NCBI RefSeq assembly: GCF_018350175.1
Contig: NC_058368.1
Coordinates: 233,742,001-233,806,000 of the forward strand
DNA from: Felis catus
Taxonomy: Eukaryota
Direction: 5' to 3'
Length of the DNA: 64,000 nt
Position numbers and translations under genes: made by a program. This document shows, piece after piece, positions 1-13,095 of the stretch. Each line of letters opens with the position of its first letter. Position 1 is the first letter of the stretch. The notes beneath the pieces are model-generated. The model ran no database searches. It was not told the origin of the DNA and saw only the letters and a list, made by a program, of their open reading frames with translations.

Positions 1-37
1 CTGGATTTGATGCTCTGGTGACACTGTTTTGAAATTC

Positions 38-1369
38 TTTGCTTATTTTTATTTTTTTTTAAATATGAAATTTATGGTCCAACAGGTGCCCTCCTCAATG
101 CGCATCACCCACCCTCCCCTCCCTCCCACCCCCCATCAACCCTCAGTTTGTTCTCAGTTTTTAAGAGTCTCTTACGGTTTGCCTCCCTCCCTAACTTTTT
201 TTTTCCCTTCCCCTCCCCATGGTCTTCTGTTAAGTTTCTCAGGATCCACATAAGAGTGAAAACATATGGTATCTGTCTTTCTCTGGATGACTTATTTCAC
301 TTAGCATAACACTCTCCAGTTCTATCCACATTGCTACAAAAGGTCAGATTTCATTCTTTCTCATTGCTAAGTAGTATTCCATTATATACATAAACCACGA
401 CTTCTTTATCCATTCGTCAATTGATGGACATTTAGGCTCTTTCCATAATTTAGCTATTGTTGAAAGTGCCACTATAAACATTGGGGTACAAGTGCCCCCA
501 TGCATCAGCACTCCTGTATCCCTTGGGGAAATTCCTAGCAGTGCTATTGCTGGGTCATAGGGTAGATCAATGTTTACTTTTTTAAGGAACCTCCACACTG
601 TTTTCCAGAGTGGCTGCACCAGTTTGCATTCCCACCAGCAGTGCGAGAGGGTTCCCGTTTCTCCACATCCTCGCCAGCATCTAGAGTCTCCTGATTTGTT
701 CATTTTAGCCACTCTGACTGGCGTGAGGTGGTATCTCAGTGTGGTTTTCATTTGAATTTCCCTGACGAGGAGTGATGTTGAGCATTGTTTCAGGTGTCTG
801 TTGGCCACCTGGATGTCTTCTTTGGAAAAGTGTCTGTTCATGTCTTCTGCCCATTTCTTCACTGGATTATTTGTTTTTCGGGTGTGGAGTTTGGTGAGTT
901 CTTTATAGGTTTTGGATACTAGCCCTTTATCCAATATGTCATTTGCAAATATCTTTTCCCATTCCGTTGGTTGCCTTTTAGTTTTGCTGACTGTTTCCTT
1001 TGCAGTGCAGAAGTTTTTTGTCTTCATGAGGTTCCAATAGTTCATTTTTGCTTTTAATTCCCTTGCCTTTGGAGACGTGTCAAGTAAGAAATTGCTGCGG
1101 CTGAGGTCAGAGAGGTTTTTTCCTGCTTTCTCCTCTAGGGTTTTGATGGTTTCCTGTCTCACATTCAGGTCCTTTAACCATTTTGAGTTCATTTTTGTGA
1201 ATGGTGTAAGAAAGTGTATAAACCACAATTTCTTTACCCACTCATCAGCTGATGGACATTTAGGCTCTTTCCATAATTCGGCTATTGTTGAAAGTGCTGC
1301 TACAAACATTGGGGTACAAGTGCCTCTATGCATCAGCACTCCTGGATCCCTTGGGTAAACTCCTAGCAG
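38..1369 (-). mobile_element. 5'-truncated, chimeric felid L1 (ORF2 C-terminus plus 3'UTR)
   Basis: ORF2 C-terminal motifs ([29 protein letters not shown]), carnivore L1 3'UTR, poly(T) on +, TSD tgttttgaaattc at 25-37 and 1370-1382. Confidence 0.93.
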
Positions 1370-1544
1370 TGTTTTGAAATTCCTAACAACTGCAGTTTGT
1401 ACGGGGCCCACGTAACATGTGGCAGATACAGGTGCTGACAGATGTGTGTTCTATGTCCACCGGGCCTTTGAACATGCCCAGGTACATGAGAAAGTAGAAA
1501 TAAGGCTCCTACAGCTCCTATTATCTTCTCAGTTCCCTCACACT

Positions 1545-2044
1545 TATTATGGGTTAAAGTGTGTGCCCGCACCAAAGAGAGAGAGAAAGAGAGAGAAAGA
1601 GAGAGAAGAAAAAGGAAAAAAACAGATATGGGAAGTCCTAACCCCAATACCTCCAAACATGGGCCTATTTGGAAACAGGGTCACTGCAGGTGTAATTAGT
1701 TAAGATGAGCTCACACACGCATAGGCGGTCCCCCAGTATGACTGATGTCCCTACAAGAAAGCAGCCATGGGAAGACGGACAGACGCAGGGAGAGCACCAC
1801 AGGAGGACAAAGGCAGAGAGGCTGGTCACATAACTGCAGTCCGAGACGCCAGTGATCGCCAGGGCACCACGAGAAGCTAGCAAGAGGCAAAGAAGGATTC
1901 TCCTACAACTGCAGAGGGAGAGTGGCCCTGCCACACCTCGATTCTGGATCTGTGGCCTCTAGAACTGCGGGGCAGCGCATTTCTATTGTCCTCAGTCACT
2001 CAATCTGAGGTACTTCGGTCCGGCGGCCCTTAGACACTCGTACA
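1545..2044 (+). mobile_element. MaLR solo LTR (MLT1B/C-like)
   Basis: MLT1 motifs: tatttggaaacagggtc..gtaattagttaagatgag, ggcctctagaactg, terminal ..taca; near-TSD acact/gcact. Confidence 0.8.
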
Positions 2045-2789
2045 GCACTGGGCAGCAAATACCACAGAGCCGCACGTTCACCCGGGGGCCGAAGTCAGCG
2101 CCCCCTTCCTGGTGAACGTCTTCTGTCCTAAATGCCTCTGTTACTTCCCAGCACTATCGCTGCACCGGGTCACAGGCTTTGCAGCAGTCGCAAGAAGCCA
2201 CGACTCCCAGCAGCTTCCTGGAGGTTGACAGCAGTCCAGACAGCTCTGGGTCTCACCTGGGGGGTCTGGGCATGTCCCAAGAGCAGAGAGAGATGCTCGT
2301 TTTTGTGGTGGTGAAGCCGAGATGGCAGAAATGATTATAAACCCCATTCTTGGGCCACAAAGTCTAAAAAGTAAATGATCCGAACCCAAGAGACACCTAT
2401 ATTCTCCAAGAAATGTTTGATTCTTACTAAAATCCCTAGCCGGGGGCAGAAACCTGTGGACTAGAGTGCCCAGAAGGAAGGCTCCGTGTGGCCACAGAGT
2501 GTTAAACGGACCATCTTTAGGCAGCACCGGGCCCTCCGCCTCGTCTCCCCTCCCCCTGCTCCTCACCCAACACCGGATCGACCCTTCCCAGCACGATCAG
2601 TACCCTGCCTGCCCCTTGGTGTCCACCACTCTGCGCACTGGGCTGGGGCTTGGCCACAGAGAGACGCATAAAGGCCCGGCCTGAGGGAGCTGGTGGCACA
2701 ACAGACATGACATATGTGAGTTCATTAAAACTTGGAGTATCGGTTAATACCCTAATCCATCGCACAAATGAGAAAATTACATTCGACAG

Positions 2790-3245
2790 AGATATATATA
2801 TCTATATATAATAAAGATATAGATATAGATATATATTATATATTTATATAATATATATTATATTGTTATATTGTTATATGTTACATATTATATATGTATA
2901 CATACATATATATGTACATATACGTATATGTGTATATATATGCATATGTATGCTATATATATTGTTACATATACATTATATATGTTATATTTATATAATA
3001 TATGATATATTATATTATGCTATATATGTTACATATTATATATGTATATATATGTACATATATGTATATGTGTATATATATGGATATGTATGCTATATAT
3101 ATGTTACATATATATTATATATGTTATACATAATATATGTTATACATATATATGTTACATATATATTATATATGTTATATATATGTTATACATATATACG
3201 TTACATATAACGTCATACCATATGTGTTATGTATAATATATATAT
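2790..3245. repeat. Degenerate (TA)n / (TATG)n AT-rich low-complexity tract
   Basis: About 450 bp of interrupted TA dinucleotides. Confidence 0.95.
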
Positions 3246-4346
3246 GAAGCTCTGCAAATCCAGAAAGAAAAGAAAAATATCATGGTGATGATGTAAAATA
3301 TAGTATTCACCTGCTGTCTCCAATTTTTGTTTACCCCAAATCTCAAAGTTTACTGTGAAGTCTCCTCCGTGTAAACCTCCTTATTTGATCTGGGGGGGTA
3401 TATACCTTGCTCCTTCCCTTGAGCTGGGTGAGGATGATATTAGCGGCTGCTGAGAAAAGGCGACATGAAACACGGGATACTGGGGAAGCTAAGTGAGGTG
3501 TTGCTTAGCAACTCTTAATGGGAAATAATTTAAAGTCTGCATTTATTTTTTTTCCCAAGAACTCGCTGCTGCTCCAGCCTGGGGTCTAGAATTCACCGCC
3601 CTTCCCGCCGGCAGCTTCCCTGCACGCACGCATGGGCGCACACACACCGTCCGACCTGACGCTGTCCGGCTGTCTTATCCACCGGCTCCCACGTTTCTTT
3701 GGACAGAACCGCACCCCCCTTCATTACAAGCACAAAGTAGCTAGAATTCCATTACAAACACAACCTTGCATAAAGTCCTTCACAAACACTGAAGGCAGTG
3801 AGCCCTAGCTCAGCCACCATCCAAAGTGTCCCCGCCGAAGCGGAGTCCGTAACAGACGTTTTGGAAGTCTACGGAACATTTTTCCTCCCTTGTAAAGTTC
3901 CGGCTCTTCCAACAAAACACTACAGATTCCAGACTGCAGTCATGACTTCCTTCAACTTCACGTGGGCTTCTCCAGGTGGTGCCTCCAGATGCCCCGAGGG
4001 CTGCAAACACCAGCATCCTCGTGATGGCAGCCACCTCCCGGAACACGAGAGCCATCCTACGCAGCCTACAAACAAGGTCACAGGTGGCACCCAGATCCAG
4101 GGCAGCGCGGGGAAAGGCTGTACCCGGCTGGAATGAACGCTGAGCCCTGAGTTGGCCTCCTGGCAAATGCCCACCCAGGACCCTCTGAGTCTGGTGGGTT
4201 TTTCCTATGGGAAAGATACGGCCTTGCTGCAGGTGTACAGGAGCTAAGAAAGGACCAGATGAGAAAACCAGCAGAAAGAAGCGAAATGAAAAGGAATCTA
4301 TTTGTAAGGAAGTGATGTTAGCTTCAGTATAAAAGCAATCATTAAT

Positions 4347-4541
4347 GGGGCGCCTGGGTGGCTCAGTCGGTTAAGCATCCGACTTCCACTCGGGTCATGA
4401 TCTCCCGGTTCATGGGTTTGAACCTCGCGTCTGGCTCTGCGCTCCCAGTGCGGAGCCTGCTTGGGATTCTTTCTCCTCCCTCTCTCTCTCTGCCCCTCCC
4501 TTGCTTGCATTTTCTCTCTCTCTCAAAAAATAAACTTTTAA
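4347..4541 (+). mobile_element. CAN-SINE (SINEC)
   Basis: ggggcgcctgggtggctcagtcggttaag head, (CT)n, A tail, TSD aaaagc(a/t)atcatta. Confidence 0.92.
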
Positions 4542-4873
4542 AAAAGCTATCATTATTTCCCAAACAATAATGACTAATATATACATGGACATTTGTTTCT
4601 TGAGTCAAGTATGTCCCATTTCTCTTGGGGATTCATGTGAGGAATGAAAATCATATTCCCTTCAACTGGGAATATCTGCTGACAATATGAACCCAAGATA
4701 TGATCAATTTTATGGCATCTTTAAGTAACAGCTCCCTCTCTTTGAAGTTTTTCCAAATGACATCTAACCTAAAAACAGCTCAGACAGAACAATCCAGAAT
4801 TCCCAAATATGTCCCTTCCTCCTCATAATAATCTGTCATTCACTGAAGCATGACAGGAAACACCCCACATTTT

Positions 4874-5077
4874 CTTTTTTTCAATTTTTAATGCTTATTT
4901 ATTTTTGAAGGAGAGAGAGACAGAGCGTGAGTGGGGGAGGGACAGAGAGAGGGAGGGAGACACAGAATCCCAAGCAGGCTCCAGGCTCCGAGCCGTCAGC
5001 ACAGAGCCTGACAGGGGGCTCGAACCCACAAACCGTGAAAAGTCGGACGCTTAACCGACTGAGCCACCCAGGCGCCC
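4874..5077 (-). mobile_element. CAN-SINE (feliform type, short internal deletion)
   Basis: Reverse-complement SINEC, TSD acacccca(c/t)atttt. Confidence 0.92.
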
Positions 5078-5149
5078 TGTCACACCCCATATTTTCCATG
5101 ACAAGAAGCACATGGTGATGATGTGGAGATGATACACGGTGATCATGGT

Positions 5150-5380
5150 GCCAGAATGCTGTGTTCAAATTCTGTCTGTCTTCCCAGCTGTGTGACTTTG
5201 GGAAGGTGGCTTAACCTCTCTGGGCTTTCGTTTTCTCACTTGCAAATTCCAAGTAATAATGGTACTTGTGTAAGTATACTGAATACTAGTACTGAAGTAA
5301 GTATACCCTAGAGGGTAGCAGAGATCAGGTAAGTTGTGTACGTGAAGTCACTGAACACCGCCCGGCACTGGAGAGAACAG
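5150..5380 (+). mobile_element. MIR SINE
   Basis: Core agctgtgtgactttgggaaggtggcttaacctctctgggctttcgttttctc. Confidence 0.75.
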
Positions 5381-7352
5381 GGATAGCAGAAGTGTTTTCT
5401 ATGGCCGTGACGGTGGAGCGGGCCAGCAGACAGGCCGCTTATGTGTATGCGTTCAGTACGTCCGCAAGTGTCTGCACTGCGATCCCTACGTATGTGACAA
5501 CGCTACTACCCATGAAGACCCGACCAGCAAACAAAGATGTTTCCAAGGCCACCCGGTCTTTAAAATGTACACCGATGTGAGTGTGGGGTGGGGGAGATAC
5601 CGCACAAGTGCAGGGGTGAGTACGGCAGCGCCTGTTTCATTCCCCGACAGGAGTTTAATTAAGATGCCCGTCCCCAGGGCCAGGGCCTAGGCTCCTCTAC
5701 AGAAATGCACAGAAGGAGGAAAAGAGGAGGAAGCAGAGAGGGACTGTTCCGGAAACGCCAGCAGACTGTCTACCGGGGCAAGGTGAGGGCTGGGAAACCC
5801 CAGGAAGGGTCGCCGTGAATTCCCAGCTCGCTGCACAGCCAGTATGACTTTCCCCTCGCTCTGGCTGGGAACTAACAGTAGGGGGAATACAGAAAGGCCG
5901 CCTCCACTGAACTGCCAAAAATGGGCAGGGTCTCAAAGTCACTACACTCCAGGCCGGGTCCAGCTGCACTGCGCTTCCTTAACATTCACATTTTGTCCGT
6001 ATTATCTTTGCCGTTAAAACAGCAAGAATGCAAGGTTTAAACGCCCCTCATCTCTCTTGCTAAATGAAGTTAAGTATCTGCATTACTTTTTGATTTTTCT
6101 CAGGTGTATCCTTTTTCACAGTAATAAAATGTTACCCAAAATGCCCCTTGAGAAACCCCCCTGTGCACAAAGGCTCAGAGACGGGTGCCCCGGATACCGA
6201 GGGGCGGTCTCTCCAAGCTGGATCTCTCTCTCCACCCACAGGCCACCAGGTTCTTCCGATGATAAACAAATTCGGTAGCGGCATTCCCGGCGACTGCGCT
6301 AAAGGAAAAGCAGACCGATGCTGCACCGTTTCACAGCCTATGAGAAAGAAGCCTTTATCTTCTCTCATTTTCTTCTGCTTTCAATCAGAAAAACAAAAAA
6401 AAAAAAAGATGTCTGCACACTGACGTCCTACTTTCGTAAGGAGACATACAGGCACTTGGGGCACGTCTGGCATCCTTTCAGGTAATGCGACCAAGGAAGT
6501 GTCTTCCTCCCGGAGCGAAACGCTAGCCTTTCAATTGGGCGGTACTTGAACAAATCTATACAACAACTTGAGCGCGGTCTCCCTGCCAAGGTGAAAGGAG
6601 GCTGTCAGGAGTGGAAGCGTTCCCTCAACTCTATTCAATGTGCTGCGGGTATGAAGGAAGCAGAAAACTGGAGACAAATGCAAAGAAATCTCGGCTTTCT
6701 TGTCCTCACTTGGCCAACCCAGCATCCGTATGCTAAGTGCCAGCCATTGGGACCACTGCTGTCCTGCCCTGCCAGCCGCCTTCTGAACGGTATTCTCGTC
6801 TCAGAGAGAGGGTCCTAAGTCAGGAGCTATCTGCCGAGATGAAATGCATTCCTTCTTGCTAGAAACTCATTAAGTAAAACATCGTCTAAGAGCTTGGGCT
6901 TCACCAAGTAACCCAGAGCATTACAAAAACGTACCAGGCAAAACTCCCTGGGCGTCACGTCACTAGTGCAGGAGCCCAAAAGATTCCCTCGCGTTATTCA
7001 GACCGGCAGAGGCACGGCGAGGTTCCCTTATGCACCAGCATCCGCTCGTGATGGCGTCTGTTTACGTAGCAGTGCAATCATCAGGTTATCTTCTCTCTGG
7101 ATTCACGAGTGCGATTTTATTTCAACAGGATGTTCACATTCCGGAATGCGTCTGGTTTTAAAAAGCGCCAAAACCTCCACGGCACGCATTTCACTGCACG
7201 GTGGATTTGCGGTTTAAGTGAAGCTCGACATCAAGAGCAGTTATCAAAATCTCAGAAGGGAGAGCGGTCATTAGAGCATCACGTCACAGGAGATCCAAGT
7301 GGCTCCTCGCGATCCACTTAGGGAACGGTATGTCTTCCAGTGAAATCACAGC

Positions 7353-7733
7353 TGTCGTGAGTTTAACCGTGTCCCTCAAAGAGGATATGTTCAAGCCCTC
7401 ACCCCCAGGACCGGTGAACGTGATCTTATTTGGAAATGGAGTCTCTGCCTATGTGATCAATTACAGATGTGATCATCAGAAGAGGCTCTAAATCCAGTAT
7501 GTGATGGGTGTCCTTGCAAGAAGAGACGAGACACAGATGAGAACGACGTGTGACTGCAGCGGTACGTCTACAAGCTAAGGAATGCCAAGGATTGCCAGAA
7601 ACCACAAGTAGCTGGAAGGCGCAGGAAGGATCCTCCCCCAGAACCTTCGGAGGGAGAACGGCTTTGCCCAGACCTTGATTTCTGACCTCTGGCCCCAGAG
7701 CTGGGAGACACAATTTGTGAACCTCGTTAAGCC
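7353..7733 (+). mobile_element. MaLR LTR (MLT1C-like)
   Basis: cttatttggaaatggagtctctgc, caagctaaggaatgccaaggattgcc, accttgatttctgacctctggcc. Confidence 0.8.
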
Positions 7734-8611
7734 TCTTCCTGTAGGGCTCACCCTCCCAGGAAGGGCCCACGCTCTAGAAGCTCTCACACAGAGACCACTG
7801 CTACGCTGTCACTGCATGTGCGTGTGCAGAAGAGGGAACCAAATATCCCGTACACACAGCCACTGGTTGATTAAAAAAAATAATAAAACTTATCCCACTG
7901 ACTTGACCTAACAGAACAGAGAAAGCAAATACCTTAGATAAGCCTCTACGAACATTCCCTGCAAAGCTGTTCAAGTATCTTTTTAGAACCATTCAGGAAA
8001 ACAAGAACGGAAACAGGAACAGCACTGGTCTCCTGGCCTCTCCGTCATCGCATGGACGGGACAGTCAGGGCACAGAGGCAGCGCATCGACAGGACTTCCA
8101 TCTCAAATGCCAGCGTCCCACTAGGCAGCCAGAGCCCCAAACTCTGCAATTGACCACCGACTCCACCCGGAGTTGCTGGAACCATCGAGAAAATATCACT
8201 TTTAAACCCTTTCCATCCAGGAGGCAGCCACGTGGAACAAATGTCAGCGGGGGGTCGGGGGGGTGCTGGCAGGTGGACGGGGACGTCAGGAGGGGCCGGC
8301 TGGTGCCGGAGTCAAATACCCAAGGCCGAGAGAGGCTCTGTGCGCTCTCCAGGCGCCGAGGACAACTGACCCCCCCCCCCCCCCGCCCGCCTCTTTTCCA
8401 GTTTCCTCGATTCCCCAGGGATTCCTTCCAGACCACGCTCCCGACCCTCCTCCGAGCTGGCCACCCTTCTACCTGCTGGTTCTTCCCCACACACTGCAAA
8501 ATCGCTCTTTGTGCCTCATCAAAACAGACAACTCGTGGCCACAGCTCTGCTTCCTGAGGGTTTGAGAGCTGGTTCCCTAAAAGCACCACTGAGGCACCGT
8601 ATCCTATAATA

Positions 8612-8828
8612 CAGGGCTTCTCGGCCCCAGCACCCTGGACATTTGGGACTGGATCTTTTTCTTCTGGTGGGTGCTCCAGTGCACACTGTAGGATGTTGAG
8701 CTCTATCTCTGGCTTCTACCCATCAGGAGACCACAGCGTCCCCCATCCAGGGTGGGACAATCAGACATGTTTGTAGACGTGGACGATCACCCCCTGGGGG
8801 TGAAATCGCTCCCAGCAGAGAAGCATGG
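8612..8828 (+). mobile_element. MER20 (hAT-Charlie DNA transposon fossil)
   Basis: cagggcttctc..gacatttgggactggat..tgtaggatgttgagc..ccctgggggtgaaatcgctccc..gagaagcatgg. Confidence 0.8.
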
Positions 8829-9599
8829 TATCACGAAATAGAGGCAGCCTCTAGAGCGAGGCCCCCCACGGTCTAGTGTGCTGCTTCATTCACCGGCCGC
8901 CTGGGCGTGAGCAAGGTCCTTGTCACCCCGTGTCTTACGTCCACACTCGTAAAGCAGCAATGTGTCAGTGACCACCTCAGGGAGCAACCTGGGACTAAGT
9001 GAGGTCACGCAGGAGAGCATGCAAAACAGGGATAGTAGCAATGAAACAGAAATGAATGTTATAAGACCAAAAGACAGGTAAAAAGAGAACACCAAGAACG
9101 GTAAAAAAAATCCGCCAAGAAATCCGAGCGAGCAGCCTGCTCTTGGCCGAGGGCTCTCCTAGGCGCGAAGACACAACACGTCCCCCCCGCCAGGAGTCTA
9201 CATCCTCGAAGAGGGGGACGGTGAGGCACTGGAAAAACTGCAGCATGCTGAGTGAGGGGTGGAGCACATCGGGGGGCCCCTGGAGGTTGCGGACGGCTGC
9301 TCTGAGGGCAGCAAGGTTAATGAAGGTGACACAGGGGTCACGCAACACCTGGAGGGAGCATTCCCGACAGGGGGGAGGCCCTCGTCCTGATTAACTGGTT
9401 CTAGGAAAACCGGTAATAAAAACAAAGCACACATTATGTCACCGCTGACATTACAGGTGTTCCAGTTACGCTGGGCGTAGACTTGAGGCCACTTGCACAG
9501 TGTTATTCTGCATGGCAAGTCCTGGCTAACACAATCAGAAAACACAGCACACGTGAATAGAGTGAATTCAGGACTTGAAAGGAAGGAGAACATTTCTTC

Positions 9600-10460
9600 T
9601 TAAATTATCTTCAGACGGTGACGCTGTCTATATAGATAAACTGAGACCCTCAGATAAACTAACAGAGCTAATAAGAGTTCACCCAGATTGCTGGATACAG
9701 GTAGGCATTAAAAAAAAATAGTATTCTTACGCACCAACATTAACCAAATAGAAAAGGTAATTAGGGAAAGAAGAGAGAAAAAAAAAAAAAAAAGATCCCT
9801 TCGGGGCACCTGGGTGGCTCAGTCGGTTCAGCATCCAACTCCTAGTTTCGGCTCAGGTCACGATCTCACAGTTTTGTGAGTCTGAGCCCTGTGTCACGCT
9901 CTGCACTGGCAGCATAGAGCCTGCTTGGGATTCTTTCTCTCTCCCTCTCTCTTTGCCCCTCCCCTGCTCACATGGTCTCCATCACTCTCAAAATAAATAA
10001 ACTTTTAAAAAAACTAAAAAAAAAAAAAAAACAAAAGAAAAAAATCCCTTTTATAAAACAAAAAAAATTGTAAGCACCCCAGAACAAGTCTAAACAAAAT
10101 GACCACTGACTTTATGAAGGAACAAAAAAGTCTTCAGACATAAAAGAAAACCATAATTATTGGATGAACATTCCACATCATTCCACAGAAAGAGTCAATG
10201 CAACACAACAGCAAATCTCTGGATCTTAAATAATATCCTTTTATTATCTCCTAGATGTTTTACATCATTTAAAGCAAAAACTAAGAAACTGCATAGTTGA
10301 AATCCAGATCTCATCTGGAGTTTTCCCTGGACATGATACGGAAAAGGAAGCTCAGAGAATCCTGGACAAAAGGAGAACAGGAGAACAAAGACAGGCCCTT
10401 CCCGACAGCAAGGCTCTTGGAAAGCCACGTTGTCAAACAAGGTGACAATGGTGCAGGCAG
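9600..10460 (+). mobile_element. Ancient L1M ORF2 fragment interrupted by a SINE
   Basis: Degenerate ORF2 sequence (agagctaataagagttca..ttgctggatacag; agagtcaatgcaac). Confidence 0.55.
9803..10040 (+). mobile_element. CAN-SINE
   Basis: ggggcacctgggtggctcagtcgg head, A tail, TSD-like aaa(g/a)atccctt. Confidence 0.92.
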
Positions 10461-11842
10461 AGACCGCCAGGCGGGTACCACAGGCCCACGAGCAGTGCGC
10501 CTGGCCAGTGGCCTCCTCCTGTCCCACGTGCGCACGGTGAAGGTAGGAGGGACGGCGTGTGCCCTGGAAGGTGCCGGGGTGAGGCCACAGTGTGGTGTGT
10601 GGACAGAGGGGGGACCCGGGGCGGGGAAGGAGCTGGGAGCCTGGGGCTACACACCCAGCCCTGCAAAGAGCCTGAAGGGGACAGGGACGGGGAGACTGGC
10701 CACGGGAGCTGTCCACAACAACAGCATCCTTTGGAGCAGAGAGACCAGAGACCGGAGAGCCTCCCCTTTGCAAGAGAAACCGAGGCCAAAAGGGGATGGT
10801 GGCTTGGCAGAGGCCATGAAACAACCAAACCTCCTGACGGAACCCACTGGAAACCTCCCCTTTGGGGAGCTCATCCAGGGCTCTCTCCAACTACAGCACA
10901 CCAGCAACATTCTCTCTGGGTCCGGCACCTGAGCGCTCTTGTCCGCTGCCGTCTCGAATCTCTCTTCTCTGGCCTCTCCTGTAATTCTCCCTCACTGGTC
11001 CTGGCCTCCTAATGCCTTCTCCTCTATTCATTTCTGGTTCTTGTTCCTCCCCGCCCCGCCCCCCAGGTCTTGGGTCCCCATCAACTCTGTGACAGCACTC
11101 CCAGTGCTCAATGCACGCTCTTCCCGGATGGCTACAGGACCCCGTGGCTTCCATTATGAGCTTGAAGCTGGCAGCTCATATATCATTTCTGCAGCCCAGC
11201 CCTGCACCCTAGACAACATCCCGCTTACTCAAGCAATCCGGGGGACACACCCACACAGCAGCACAATAGGAGGAAAGTCCCAAAGAGCCAACATCCTTCA
11301 GATGTAGCCATTTTCTACACTAAGAGCCTCCCCAAAGTCAACATGAAAAACCATGGATTTCCCAACAGGTGTATGAAGCAATCCTACTGATATGAGGGAA
11401 TCAGGGTGATAGAAAATCAGGGTCACAGAAGTATGTCTGCAAGGAGAAAGCTCTAATAACTGAGAAAGAGTACAACTTCAACAACCAGTGCTGGAGAGTT
11501 CAGGTAAGGCTCCGATCCCAGAGGGATCCTGGAATAACAACCTCACGGACCAGGGAGACTATGCAGCTAAACGCAGTATGAGAAGTCAATCCGGACCCAG
11601 CCGTCTATAGAACAAATGATGAGGTGAGACCCAGGCCTGCACCCTGGCTGCTGGCAGGTCTGGTAAGTCAAAATGGGCACTGAGTGACTTCACCCACGGG
11701 GCACCACGAAGACTGGCTATTTCAAACGGCCTTCTTCCCAGCTACGGATCTCCTGTTTACAGTTTAGGGCCAAGTTTACAGGACTCGTGTGTCATCAATC
11801 AGAGCATATAAAGAAAACACAAAAAATATTTTAACAGCTTAC

Positions 11843-12040
11843 CTGATCCCAGGGGGAGACGGTGCCTCCAAAGCACATGAACAAGTACCCCATGGCCACC
11901 AGACACATCCATATCACCAAAGAGAAAAGGCGTAGCAGCTTCTTAAACACGGACTCGATGCACACGAGGATGAATATCGCAAAGAAGATCGCCAGGGCAG
12001 TTGGGACTGTTATTAAAAACGCCACGTGGTCTTCGACTTC
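11843..12040 (-). CDS. ADCY2: Adenylate cyclase type 2, coding exon 2 (198 nt, 66 codons; transmembrane helices)
   Basis: Translates to EVEDHVAFLITVPTALAIFFAIFILVCIESVFKKLLRLFSLVIWMCLVAMGYLFMCFGGTVSPWDQ, the direct continuation of exon 1 in AC2. Acceptor TTTTTCTTCCTCTTAG|GAA, donor CAG|GTAAG, phase 0/0. Confidence 0.97.
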
Positions 12041-12162
12041 CTAAGAGGAAGAAAAACATCGCAAAGGTATGGTTTAGAAATATCATGATGCCAAGGGTTC
12101 GTGTCCTCAAATGTCCGCATTAATCAGTGTCCAAATACATCGGGTTTTAAAAATGATTTCAG

Positions 12163-13052
12163 TATGAGAGATGCGGGGAAGCACGGATCCCCCTACTTCT
12201 CCACCATGTCAATGGGAATGCAAACTGCTACAGCCGCTCTGGAAGACAGTGTGGAGGCTCTTCAAAAAATTAAAAATAGGGGCGCCTGGGTGGCACAGTC
12301 GGTTAAGCGTCCGACTTCAGCCAGGTCACAATCTCGCGGTCCGTGAGTTCGAGCCCCGCGTCGGGCTCTGGGCTGATGGCTCAGAGTCTGGAGCTTGCTT
12401 CCGATTCTGTGTCTCCCTCTCTCTCTGCCCCTCCCCGTTCATGCTCTGTCTTGCTCTGTCTCTCTCTGTCCCAAAAATAAATAAACGTTGAAAAAAAAAA
12501 ATTAAAAATAGAACTACCCTACGGACCCAGCAATAGCACTGCTAGGAATTTACCCAAGGGATCCAGGAGTGCTGATGCAGAGGGGCACTTGTACCCCAAT
12601 GTTTACAGCAGCACTCTCAACAACAGCCAAATTATGGAAAGAGCCTAAATGTCCACCGACTAACGAATGGATAAAGATGTGGTTTATATATACAATGGGA
12701 GAGTACTTGGCAATGAGAAAGAATGAAATCTGGCCATTTGCAGCAACGTGGATGGAACTGGAGGGTATTCTGCTGAGTGAAGTAAGTCAGAGAAAGACAG
12801 ATACCATATGTTTTCACTCATATGTGGATCTTGAGAAACTTAACAGAAGGCCATGGGGGAGGGGAAAGGGGGAAAAAAAAGTTACAGAGAAGGAGGGAAG
12901 CAAACCACAAGAGGCTCTTAAATACAGAGAATAAACCGAGGGTTGATGGGAGGTGGGGAGAGGGGAAGGTGGCTGATGGGCACTGAGGAGGGTACTTGTT
13001 GGGATGAGCACTGGGTGTTGTATGGAAACCAATTTGACAATTAATTATATAA

Positions 13053-13095
<43 letters not shown>

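Larger units (their letters stand above)
1..11842 (-). other. ADCY2: ADCY2 intron 2 (partial, continues past the window start)
   Basis: Begins at the GTAAG donor after exon 2. The expected exon 3 peptide (VSFFLFIIFVVYTMLPF..., recalled) is not in the window. Confidence 0.88.

Noticed and set aside
60..85. Sense-oriented intronic L1 whose AATAAA reads CATAAA, suggesting selection against premature polyadenylation
   Set aside because: Another AATAAA exists in the adjacent A-rich tail, and a single change is weak evidence.
344..1411. 355-aa minus-strand ORF
   Set aside because: It is a truncated, chimeric L1 ORF2 C-terminus with no endonuclease or RT domain, not a host gene.
2863..3236. Tyr/Ile-rich ORFs
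   Set aside because: They are translations of a (TA)n tract.
10195..11307. Cluster of 120-230 aa ORFs on both strands
   Set aside because: No recognisable domain or splice structure; GC-rich intronic sequence partly overlapping old L1.
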